Shown: positions 9,599 to 17,613, counted from the first letter of the stretch. The stretch: DNA of 34,043 nucleotides from an uncultured virus (IMG/VR IMGVR_UViG_3300021387_000016) (IMGVR_UViG_3300021387_000016); one strand, 5' to 3'. Numbers and translations: made by a program. The notes: generated by a model not told the origin, from the letters alone.

Positions 9599-9775
9599 AT
9601 GATATTACCCTATAACATTTCAGCAACTTATGCTAAAGGTAATTTGTTCATGATTAGCAATAAAGTTTGTAAAGCCATAAAAATAATTGAAATGGGTGAT
9701 GAATTAGTTTTGTTTAATCCTAAAACTCGCAAAGGCAACTATATAGAGGCATACGAAGTTTTTCAAAATAGTTAG
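9599..9775 (+). CDS. 58-aa protein related to the N-domain of 10519 and 31913
   Basis: GAGGT SD; SATYAKGNLFMISNKVCKAIKIIEMGDEL aligns with SQAYTKGTLLYFKNRLCKATQAISNGATL. Confidence 0.6.
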   Translation: MILPYNISATYAKGNLFMISNKVCKAIKIIEMGDELVLFNPKTRKGNYIEAYEVFQNS

Positions 9776-9807
9776 TTCGCAAAAGAAGATTTAATGGAAT
9801 AACTTAA

Positions 9808-9841
9808 AGAGCATCAACTGTCAAAGGTTGGTGCTTTTTTC
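9808..9841 (+). terminator. Terminator with conserved TGTCAAAG loop
   Basis: AGAGCATCAAC-TGTCAAAG-GTTGGTGCTTT plus T-run. Confidence 0.75.
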
Positions 9842-9856
9842 TATTGGAGAAAGCCT

Positions 9857-10516
9857 ATGGTAGAGATATTTAAAGTGCTCGGAACAATTCTAGCTGCAAT
9901 GATAACTACCTTTGGCGGCGGTTATTTTGTGCTAAAGAAGTATCTCCTTGAAAGAGAAGATGCTAAAGATGCGCAAATTATACAGAAGCAGATAGATAAT
10001 TCTATTGCCAAAGTAAAAGAAGAATTGAAAGCAGAGATTGCAAAACAAGTTGAACAAAGCATTAAGGATTGTGGTGAAATTGGAGATAAAGCCATAGCTG
10101 ATGCAGTTCAGGAAGCAAGGCATGATTTTGAAGAAGGTTTGAAGATGCGTGGCGAAGAAGGATTGAAACGGTTTGAAGCCAATTCAAAAGCTATAGATGA
10201 GAACACTGCAATGATAAAGCAGATTCTTACAATCCAGAAGAACTCTACGGAAAAGATTGATAAGATGGCAGATTCTATAACTGCGTTAGCACAAGTGAGC
10301 GAAGCCTGCGCAGAAAGCCAGAGAACCGCTAATTACGACAGACTTTTGATTGTAACGAGCAAGATCATTAAGTCAAAGAGAATGACTATGACCGAGAAAA
10401 CAAATCTTATTCAACTATATGATTCCTGGAAAAAACTACAGGGAAATGACATGAAGATAAAAGTTATGTATGACGAGTGTTTGAAGATTACACCTGTCCT
10501 TGATGAAGGAGTATGA
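9857..10516 (+). CDS. N-terminal TM + coiled-coil protein (holin-like family of Bacillota phages)
   Basis: One TM at the N-terminus; C-terminal YDRL...EK.NL..LYDSWKKLQGN motif resembles proteins usually found next to lysins. Confidence 0.45.
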   Translation: MVEIFKVLGTILAAMITTFGGGYFVLKKYLLEREDAKDAQIIQKQIDNSIAKVKEELKAEIAKQVEQSIKDCGEIGDKAIADAVQEARHDFEEGLKMRGEEGLKRFEANSKAIDENTAMIKQILTIQKNSTEKIDKMADSITALAQVSEACAESQRTANYDRLLIVTSKIIKSKRMTMTEKTNLIQLYDSWKKLQGNDMKIKVMYDECLKITPVLDEGV

Positions 10517-10518
10517 CA

Positions 10519-10821
10519 ATGGCAAATTACAGTGGGCACTACGAAGACTCAAGTGGAAATTTAATACTTCCTATTCCTAGCGGTGGAACAGCTACTATAG
10601 AGCTTGGGAATACTGCAAGCCAGGCATATACAAAGGGAACATTGTTATATTTTAAAAATCGTTTATGCAAGGCTACTCAGGCTATATCAAATGGAGCAAC
10701 GCTGGCTGTTGGGACTAATCTTTCCTACACATCACTTGGAACAGAGTTTTCTTCACATATGGTTGCTTCTAATGGAACAGAGTTTTCGTTTCAAACACTT
10801 ATAAATGGTGGGTATAACTAA
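10519..10821 (+). CDS. Stand-alone paralog of the constant N-domain of the 31913 fibre gene
   Basis: MANYSGHYEDSSGNLIL...TASQAYTKG...NRLCKAT...GTNLS.TS.G.E..SH..ASNG.EF aligns closely with the 31913 N-terminus. Confidence 0.75.
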   Translation: MANYSGHYEDSSGNLILPIPSGGTATIELGNTASQAYTKGTLLYFKNRLCKATQAISNGATLAVGTNLSYTSLGTEFSSHMVASNGTEFSFQTLINGGYN

Positions 10822-10842
10822 AGGAAAGGAGAAATAAACAAG

Positions 10843-11133
10843 ATGAAACTCAGTGATTTTTTGGCAGCGTTAAGAACTAACAACGTTACAGTTACAATCA
10901 ATGATCTTCAGGATAAGCTTGTTTGCAAGATTGATGCAGCTAGTTATTCTGCTCTTTCTGATGATTTGGAAAACAGAACAATTAATCGCTGGAACATTGT
11001 TGGAGCAACTTCTATCATGGTTGTGCTTAATGAGCCGGATAACAGTAATTCTGATTCAGGGAATAACAACTCAGGCAGTGATCCTAGCAATGATTCTGGT
11101 AGCGACTCAGGCAATGACCATAGCGATCCATGA
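10843..11133 (+). CDS. Hypothetical virion protein, paralog of 17397-17600, with S/D/N-rich tail
   Basis: MKLSDFLAAL...VTIND vs MTLQEFLAAL...VTVKD; strong AAGGAG SD. Confidence 0.65.
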   Translation: MKLSDFLAALRTNNVTVTINDLQDKLVCKIDAASYSALSDDLENRTINRWNIVGATSIMVVLNEPDNSNSDSGNNNSGSDPSNDSGSDSGNDHSDP

Positions 11134-11164
11134 TGTCTTTTACTGGGCATAGCAAATTCCTCCG

Positions 11165-11278
11165 AGGTGGCCATGTGTCACAGCATGGTCATCTATTTGG
11201 AATATCTACTCCCATATTTTTGATATTCCCTTCTCATAAGAGAGGCGGTTCTACTGTCACAGGTAGAATCGCTTTTTT
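11165..11278 (+). terminator. Two hairpins with TGTCACAG loops (second is a clear terminator)
   Basis: AGGTGGCCATG-TGTCACAG-CATGGTCATCT and GGCGGTTCTAC-TGTCACAG-GTAGAATCGCT followed by a T-run. Confidence 0.7.
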
Positions 11279-11410
11279 AGCACTTAGAGAAATCTAGGTG
11301 CTTTTTTCATGCCAAGGAAAAGGCATAAGAACCCTGAGAGAACAGTACATCACAACGTTACAGAGAAGTAACGGAACAAAAAACACAAATAGAAAGGTGG
11401 ACAACTAAAT

Positions 11411-12073
11411 ATGAAAAAGAAGAATCTTTGCAACTATCAACCTTCATTTCCGATGAATCTTCAGTTTTTTGCAGATGAGGGCAACACAGCACCAGAACCA
11501 TCTACTAATCCAGAAGGGAATCCAGAGGGAAACCCAGATGATAAGAATGGCGACGAAAATACCCCACCAACAAAGACATATGAAGATGCGATGGCCGAGA
11601 TTGCTGCTGCAAATGCAGAAGCAAAGAAGCTGAAAGCAGAACGTGACGCAGCTCTTAAGAAGTCCGGCGAGTTAACTAAGCAACTCAGAGCAAAAATGAC
11701 TGAGGATGAGCTTAAAACTCAGCAAGACGAGGAAGAGAAAGCAGAGCGTGAAGCTCATATGAAAGAGCTTGAGGCTTATAAGGCTAGTAACGAAGCATTC
11801 AAGCGTTACACGATGCAGGGAATGGATGCTGCACTGGCTGAGAAAGCGGCCAAGGCTGAAATTGAGGGCGATATGGATGCTCTTGCAGCAGTTTTTGCAG
11901 AGCAGAAAAAGAAAGAACTCAAGGAAGCAAAGGAGCAGTGGCTTGGTTCAAGGCCAGAGGCAAATAAGGGAGATGGCGAAGGATCTTCCATGACAAAAGA
12001 AGAGATTTTGGCAATCAAAGATCCAAAAGAACGTCAGGAAGCAATTGCCAGAAATCTCAATCTTTTTGAGTAA
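11411..12073 (+). CDS. Head scaffolding protein
   Basis: MNLQFFA N-terminal motif, acidic linker, long coiled coil, C-terminal MTKEEILAIKDPKERQEAI; directly before the capsid gene. Confidence 0.85.
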   Translation: MKKKNLCNYQPSFPMNLQFFADEGNTAPEPSTNPEGNPEGNPDDKNGDENTPPTKTYEDAMAEIAAANAEAKKLKAERDAALKKSGELTKQLRAKMTEDELKTQQDEEEKAEREAHMKELEAYKASNEAFKRYTMQGMDAALAEKAAKAEIEGDMDALAAVFAEQKKKELKEAKEQWLGSRPEANKGDGEGSSMTKEEILAIKDPKERQEAIARNLNLFE

Positions 12074-12126
12074 GCAAAGACTACAAAGAGTAGTCATACG
12101 CCAAATGGCAGAAAGGAAGAAAAATT

Positions 12127-13248
12127 ATGGCAGCTGAGAAAGGTGTAATTAAGAAAGCCGACCTCGCGAGAGCGAGAGAAGTGGATTTCGTCTATCGTTT
12201 TCAGGATGGAATCAAGAAACTTATGGAAGCATTAGGAGTAACAAGAAAGATTGCAAAACAGGCAGGTACAAACCTGAAGGCTTACAAAGCAACTGGTACT
12301 CTTCTTGACGGACTTGTAGCAGAAGGCGATATCATTCCTCTTTCACACTACAAGACTGTTCCTGTTACTTTTGATGAGATCACAATTAAGAAGTGGAGAA
12401 AAGCTACCACTGTAGAAGCTATCACAGAAAAGGGCTTCGACCAGGCAGTAACACAGACCACAGACGAGATGCTTAAGGATGTTCAGAAGGGCATCAAGAA
12501 GACCTTCTTCAATTTCCTTGCAACTGGTACTGGCCTTGCTTCTGGTGCAACATTCCAAGCAACTATTGCAGCTATTTGGGGACAACTGCAAGTCCTTTAT
12601 GAGGACACAGAAATGCAGGCTGTGTATTTCATGAATCCTCTTGATGCAGCAGATTATCTTGGTTCTGCTCCTATCACCATTCAGGAAGCTTTCGGTATGA
12701 AGTATATTGAAGACTTTATTGGCCTTGGTACTGTTATCTTTAATTCTAACGTTCCAAAGGGAACAATTTATGGTACTGCCAAGGAAAACATTATTCTCTA
12801 TTATATTCCTGTTAACGGTGCTGACATTGGTGAGGTATTTGCATTCACATCTGATGAGACAGGATATGTAGGTATTCATGAGACACCTGATTATGACAAC
12901 ATGACATCCAAGGATACAGTTGTATCCGGTATCGTTCTCTTTGGTGAGAGAATCGATGGTATCGTTGTTGGTACAATCGGTGGATCAATCACTCCTACTG
13001 TTACAACAGACGTTGATACAATCACTGTTCCTGTTGGCGGCGTAGATTCTGTTCATGCAAAGGTTAACCCTGCTGGAACAGCGTATACATGGGCTTCCGC
13101 AGATACAGATGTATTCACTGTTTCTGCTGGACTTAGCAACGCTGACGTTGTTATCACAGGTGTTGCAGCTGGTACAGCTAACCTTACATGCACAATCGGC
13201 GGTTCTGTTGTTAAGACTGTTGCTGTTACTGTTTCAGCTAGTGCTTAA
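12127..13248 (+). CDS. Major capsid protein with C-terminal Ig-like (Big_2-type) domain
   Basis: VAEGDIIPLS...KKWRKATTVEAI..GFDQAV..T motifs; last ~85 aa (V.PAGT..TWASADT.V.TV...ITGVAAGTANLT) look Ig-like. Confidence 0.88.
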   Translation: MAAEKGVIKKADLARAREVDFVYRFQDGIKKLMEALGVTRKIAKQAGTNLKAYKATGTLLDGLVAEGDIIPLSHYKTVPVTFDEITIKKWRKATTVEAITEKGFDQAVTQTTDEMLKDVQKGIKKTFFNFLATGTGLASGATFQATIAAIWGQLQVLYEDTEMQAVYFMNPLDAADYLGSAPITIQEAFGMKYIEDFIGLGTVIFNSNVPKGTIYGTAKENIILYYIPVNGADIGEVFAFTSDETGYVGIHETPDYDNMTSKDTVVSGIVLFGERIDGIVVGTIGGSITPTVTTDVDTITVPVGGVDSVHAKVNPAGTAYTWASADTDVFTVSAGLSNADVVITGVAAGTANLTCTIGGSVVKTVAVTVSASA

Positions 13249-13272
13249 TTGTAGAAAGAAGGGAAAGTGCGT

Positions 13273-13641
13273 ATGCAGTATGTAGTAACCCGTTACTTTA
13301 CTGATGCGCAGGATAACGAGTATGCCTACCACGAGGGTGATATTTACCCTCGTGAGGGCCATACCGTTTCTGAAGCGCGTCTTAAGGATCTTCTTAGTGG
13401 CAATAATTTTCAGCGCGTTGCTCTTATTAAGAGAGTAGAAAAAGTTGAAGCACCAAAGAAGAAGGAAGTTCAGGAAGAAGTTCAGGACAACGAGAATGTT
13501 GTATGGAGCGAGGACGAAATCAATAAGATGCCATTTATGAAGCTTAAGGCTATCGCAAAGCAGAATGGCATTGATGTTGAGGATAAGAAAGCGTCCGAGA
13601 TCAGAGAAGAGTTGATTGAGAAGCTTGCAAAAGAGGATTAA
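13273..13641 (+). CDS. Head-associated protein with C-terminal HeH/Rho-N-like domain
   Basis: YVV..YFTDAQD....Y..GD.YPREG N-domain; WSEDEINKMPFMKLKAIAKQNGI C-domain. Confidence 0.6.
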   Translation: MQYVVTRYFTDAQDNEYAYHEGDIYPREGHTVSEARLKDLLSGNNFQRVALIKRVEKVEAPKKKEVQEEVQDNENVVWSEDEINKMPFMKLKAIAKQNGIDVEDKKASEIREELIEKLAKED

Positions 13642-13644
13642 GCC

Positions 13645-13986
13645 ATGACAAAACAAGAAATGCTGGATGAGATTTTTGAAAACTTAAAAAGTGAAATCAA
13701 CGCGGATGAGGCCCAGGCTGATATTCTTAGTGAGAACCTTTTGAAAGTTAAAATCCAATCCGCATATCGCGAAGTCATGAGGGCAAGAAATTATCCCAAA
13801 TCTTACTCTGAAGCTCAGATTGAAACGGACATGGAAAACTATTACTCCAACATTGAAGCAATAGCCAGGTACGATTACAACGGTTCGGGAAGTGAAGGAA
13901 TGAGTTCTTATTCAGCGGATGGTACATCTATCCATTACGAAGACAGAAACAAGCTCTTTTACGGAGTATACCCAATAGCGAGGTGA
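13645..13986 (+). CDS. Head-tail adaptor (SPP1 gp15-like)
   Basis: RNYP...A.YDYN..GSEGMSSYSADGTSIHY motif and position. Confidence 0.78.
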   Translation: MTKQEMLDEIFENLKSEINADEAQADILSENLLKVKIQSAYREVMRARNYPKSYSEAQIETDMENYYSNIEAIARYDYNGSGSEGMSSYSADGTSIHYEDRNKLFYGVYPIAR

Positions 13987-13992
13987 TGTGTC

Positions 13993-14424
13993 ATGAGAGT
14001 ACCACGAAAAGTGAAACAGCCCTTGATATATGCCTTGCTTGTAAGAAAAGAACCTATCTATGAGCGTGACAGTGATGGAAACATAGTTTACAAGATAATC
14101 AAGGGAGATTATGTTCCTAAAGATACAGGTGAAAAGAGGGATATTTATTCTGCACCGATAACTTTTTACAATTCTATCTCAGGTCAACTTTCTGAGGATG
14201 AATTACAGGCATTTGGAACTAAAAATAATGCAATAGCAAAAATGACTTATAAACGTGAGCTTTACCCTTTTAGAACGGGTACGCTCATTTGGAAGACTTC
14301 GGAAGTGAAATTCCTTGAAGATGGTACACCAGACCCTACATCTGCGGATTATCGGGTTATTGGTGTCATGACCGAAGGACAGTACTTTTGGAAGTGCTTA
14401 TTGGAAGCGGCGAATAAGAAATGA
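13993..14424 (+). CDS. Head closure protein (gp16-like)
   Basis: Synteny; AFG...IW...ADYRVIGV motifs. Confidence 0.65.
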   Translation: MRVPRKVKQPLIYALLVRKEPIYERDSDGNIVYKIIKGDYVPKDTGEKRDIYSAPITFYNSISGQLSEDELQAFGTKNNAIAKMTYKRELYPFRTGTLIWKTSEVKFLEDGTPDPTSADYRVIGVMTEGQYFWKCLLEAANKK

Positions 14425-14972
14425 AACTTGAAATAGAGCTAAACCAAAAATCCATCAGCCATGCAATCGGTGAACTAAAAAGATATCGTGAGTCTCTTCC
14501 AATTAAGAACGAAATCTTTGTACGAAGATTGTTAGATGAGGGTATAAGAGTCGCAAAAGAAAATACTGGCGGTTACGGTAGACTTATTTCTTTTTCTAAA
14601 GATGGGCACGGCGGGTTAAAAACTGTAGGGTATATGATTGCAGATAGCCGTCCTATAACTGCTGAATGGGCAGTTAAAGACGAAAATGGAAATGAAGTCA
14701 AGAAAACAGCAGAAGTTAGTCCTCTTCTTATGGCCGAATTTGGTTCAGGCCCTATGGCAGAAGTTTTATTCGACATAGCAGGTGTTGGTCAAGGGACGTT
14801 CCCTGGACAGACTCATGCTTTTGAAACTTCCTGGTGGTATAAAGATTGGGAAACTAAGGAATGGCATCAGGCTTTTGGTATCAGACCTAAACATCCTATG
14901 CATGAAGCAGAAATGGCAATGATAGAAAGAGTTCAGGAAATCGCAAGAGAGGTATTCAACAGTGGCAACTGA
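14421..14972 (+). CDS. Neck/tail completion protein (HK97 gp10-like)
   Basis: LLMAEFGSG...P..PMHEA...IAREVF; synteny. Confidence 0.65.
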   Translation: MKLEIELNQKSISHAIGELKRYRESLPIKNEIFVRRLLDEGIRVAKENTGGYGRLISFSKDGHGGLKTVGYMIADSRPITAEWAVKDENGNEVKKTAEVSPLLMAEFGSGPMAEVLFDIAGVGQGTFPGQTHAFETSWWYKDWETKEWHQAFGIRPKHPMHEAEMAMIERVQEIAREVFNSGN

Positions 14973-15399
14973 TATATGGTATTCGGAAATTGAATCAACT
15001 ATCTTTACTCACTTGCAATACGTGCTTATTGAAGCAGACGATGCGCTTTTTCCAGAACTGAACTGCACTACTTCAAGTAAGAGCGAATCTCTTGAGAACG
15101 TCAGTGATTTTCCAAATCTCTACGTGCATCTTTTGCCACTATCCGAAATGGGTAATGATTTAACCAATGAGACTGTTAATGCTGTTAGAGCAACATTTGA
15201 ACTACAGCTATATTCCGATAAGTCAGAAAGCGAATGTAGAGAAATTATGACCGCCTGTATTCAGGAAATGAAGAAACTTCACTTTAATGTGAGCATGTTT
15301 CCAGACCCTCAAACAGCCGCAGAGAAAAAGTATTTTGCTATTGCTCGTTTTACTAGAGTGATAGGGGCTGGGGATTCAGATATTGTACAACAGGATTAA
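14962..15399 (+). CDS. Tail terminator protein
   Basis: FP.LY.H.L...E.GNDL....VNA...TFELQ...ARF.RVIGAGD; last connector gene before the tail tube gene. Confidence 0.7.
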   Translation: MATDIWYSEIESTIFTHLQYVLIEADDALFPELNCTTSSKSESLENVSDFPNLYVHLLPLSEMGNDLTNETVNAVRATFELQLYSDKSESECREIMTACIQEMKKLHFNVSMFPDPQTAAEKKYFAIARFTRVIGAGDSDIVQQD

Positions 15400-15462
15400 T
15401 GAGTACTTGTTTTATAATCAACAAATAGAGCATAATTGGGTTATGCAAAAGGAGTTGATTAT

Positions 15463-16326
15463 ATGGCAAATATCATTGATTTAACCGGACAACGTTTTGG
15501 AAGGTTAGTTGTAATACAAAAAGGAAAACCACATATTACATCTGGCGGTGCGTATATCACAACATGGTACTGCAAATGTGATTGTGGAAACTACACAACA
15601 GTTCAAGCACCAAAGCTAAGGAAGGGGCATACTACTTCATGTGGTTGCCTTATTAAAGAGAATAAGGGACATGCCTATGAGGATCTTGTCGGTCAGAAAT
15701 TTAATCGACTCACTGTAATCAAGTTTATTCCTCCGAGCGAGAGAACTGTTCGAGGTTACAACTGGCTATGCCAATGTGAATGTGGCAAAATGATTAAGGC
15801 AAACGCAAATAAGCTGAAATCAGGAATGCAACAGTCATGTGGTTGTCTGAAAGAAGAAATGAAATATAACATTGGAAATGTCAATAAGAAGTACAAATAC
15901 TCAAACAAGAGACTTTACGGCGTTTATAAAGCAATGCTGAATAGATGCTACAATCCAAATGGTCGTGAGTATAAAAACTATGGTGGCAGAGGAATTACTG
16001 TTTGTGATGAATGGCTAGGCGAATATGGCTATGATGCTTTTGCAGAATGGGCAATTAGTACTGGCTATGATATCAACGCCGAACATGGTGATTGTACAAT
16101 TGATAGAAACGATGTTAATAAAGGCTATTCGCCTGATAATTGTTCATGGAAAACGAATAAGCAACAACAAAGTAACCGAAGAGATACCGTTATTCTTTCA
16201 TACAATGGTGAAAAGCATAGTATGAAAGAGTGGTCAGAAATACTGGGTATTTCTTATTCGAAGATTATTTACCATGTACATAAAGGCAAAACGCTTGAAC
16301 AAATAATAGATATGAATGGCAAATAA
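15463..16326 (+). CDS. Free-standing HNH-type homing endonuclease
   Basis: Two DLxGQxFxRLxV...WxCxCxCG...SCGC repeats, then RLY.VY.AM..RCYNP...YKNYGGRGITVCDEW...TIDRNDVNKGYSPDNCSW; AAGGAG SD before ATG 15463. Confidence 0.85.
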   Translation: MANIIDLTGQRFGRLVVIQKGKPHITSGGAYITTWYCKCDCGNYTTVQAPKLRKGHTTSCGCLIKENKGHAYEDLVGQKFNRLTVIKFIPPSERTVRGYNWLCQCECGKMIKANANKLKSGMQQSCGCLKEEMKYNIGNVNKKYKYSNKRLYGVYKAMLNRCYNPNGREYKNYGGRGITVCDEWLGEYGYDAFAEWAISTGYDINAEHGDCTIDRNDVNKGYSPDNCSWKTNKQQQSNRRDTVILSYNGEKHSMKEWSEILGISYSKIIYHVHKGKTLEQIIDMNGK

Positions 16327-16350
16327 CCATTTATATAGATACACGATAAT

Positions 16351-16378
16351 AAAAAAGAGCAGAAATGCTTTTTTTTGT
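16351..16378 (+). terminator. Probable bidirectional terminator
   Basis: A-run, GAGCA-GAAA-TGCTT, T-run. Confidence 0.6.
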
Positions 16379-16401
16379 TGCAAAAAGAAAGGAGAATAAC
16401 T

Positions 16402-17155
16402 ATGGCAGCACCAGGAGTTAGCACTTTAGGTAAACTTATTCAGTAATGTATACAATGCGAAGTTGCTGAAATGCCGTCTGCTATGAATGTTGCCAAGTAG
16501 ATAGCAGATGATTAGTGCGGTATTAAGCGGAGAAAAGGTTTGCAACCTCAATCCGAACCGAAGGCTAGGCTTAGTCTAGTCAGGGGCAACGCATAGATGG
16601 TGAAAAAGATATAATCCATCCAAGAGACCGCGCCATCTGGCAACCATAAGTGGTGAAAAGATATGCTGAACTAAAGTGTAATGCTTTAGAAATATGGATA
16701 AAAAGCCATATGATAACAAATTGATTAAGTTGGGTTATGGAATCGGTTCTTCATTACCATCTTCCTTTACCGTGCTTACAAGAATTAATGCAATTGGTGG
16801 CATTTCTCTGGAAACAGAACAAATTGATGCTAGTGCCCTTGAAGACTATGTTACAAGATACGTAGCCGGAAGACAGGATACTGGCGGATCATTTCCTATT
16901 ACCATCAATGTTACTGATGATACAATTGCTGAGTGGGAGGCACTTATCGCAGCTTACAACGCAAAGGCTAATGACGAAGCACTTTACCTTGAGGTATGGT
17001 CTCCATATCTTACAAAGGCATTCTTCATCAAGGCCCAGCCTCCACAGGTTCTTCCTATGTCAGAAATGGCACAGAACGAACTTCAGACAATTGAGATCGG
17101 ATTAACAATTGAAGAGTATCTTGGAATGGATACAGCGGTAGAACCAGTGGGGTGA
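16402..17155 (+). CDS. Major tail (tube) protein, two exons 16402-16431 + 16724-17155 (153 aa spliced)
   Basis: AAAGGAG SD then MAAPGVSTLG; joined in frame to IKLGYG...LTRINAIGGISLETEQIDASALEDYVTRYVAGRQDTGG, a typical siphophage tube protein. Confidence 0.85.
16432..16723 (+). ncRNA. Group I self-splicing intron (292 nt, no ORF)
   Basis: 5' exon ends in U, intron ends in G; P3 GTGCGGT(16515)/ACCGCGC(16627); P4 region AAGCGGA..AATCCG; P7 GCATA(16591)/TATGC(16662); P9 hairpins 16671-16711; splicing restores the frame. Confidence 0.88.
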
Positions 17156-17337
17156 GTAGTCCTGGTAATGGTGGCAATCAGGGCGGTAACTCTTCTCAGA
17201 CCACTTACACTCAGTCGGAACTTAATGACATGACAATAAGTGAGATTATGGAAATCGCGAACGAACGAGGATACACGATAACAAGTACACTTAAGGCTGA
17301 TATTATTCAGGAATTCCTTGACCAACAAAATAGTTGA
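17152..17337 (+). CDS. HeH/Rho-N-like domain; probable -1 frameshift extension of the major tail protein
   Basis: In the -1 frame at GTG GGG TGA; no clear SD; starts with a G/S/N linker then TYTQSELNDMTISEIMEIANERG. Confidence 0.55.
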   Translation: MSSPGNGGNQGGNSSQTTYTQSELNDMTISEIMEIANERGYTITSTLKADIIQEFLDQQNS

Positions 17338-17341
17338 GATT

Positions 17342-17368
17342 GGGGCGAGCTTCGGCTTGCCCCTTTCC
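17342..17368 (+). terminator. Hairpin with UUCG loop
   Basis: GGGGCGAGC-TTCG-GCTTGCCCC then TTT. Confidence 0.65.
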
Positions 17369-17396
17369 CTTATAAAAAGAAAAGGAGAATAAGGTC

Positions 17397-17600
17397 ATGA
17401 CACTTCAGGAATTTCTTGCAGCTCTTGATAATCCAACAGCAGTTGTAACCGTTAAGGATAGTACCGAGGGTAATCCAGACCTCATTAAGCTTTATGCGGC
17501 TGGATATGCGCAGCTTCTTGCGACTCTCCTTGCAAGAGAGATTGATAAGGTTACTGTGGTTAAGGCAGATCAGATCACAGTTATTCTTAAGGCTGAGTAA
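17397..17600 (+). CDS. Hypothetical protein, paralog of 10843-11133
   Basis: Strong SD; sequence similarity over ~65 aa. Confidence 0.65.
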   Translation: MTLQEFLAALDNPTAVVTVKDSTEGNPDLIKLYAAGYAQLLATLLAREIDKVTVVKADQITVILKAE

Positions 17601-17613
17601 TTGAATATTGTTT

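Larger units (their letters stand above)
9472..9789. mobile_element. ~300-bp insertion bounded by 17-bp direct repeats
   Basis: TAGTTCGCAAAAGAAGA at 9472-9488 and 9773-9789, enclosing a -10 box, a structured RNA and a 58-aa ORF. Confidence 0.6.

Noticed and set aside
11035..11130. SDSGN-type low-complexity repeat as an array
   Set aside because: Ordinary coding low-complexity tail with no exact nucleotide periodicity.
16694..16723. ORF-track start MDKKPYDNKL for the tail protein
   Set aside because: No SD; lies in the intron P9 hairpins; the real start with SD is at 16402.
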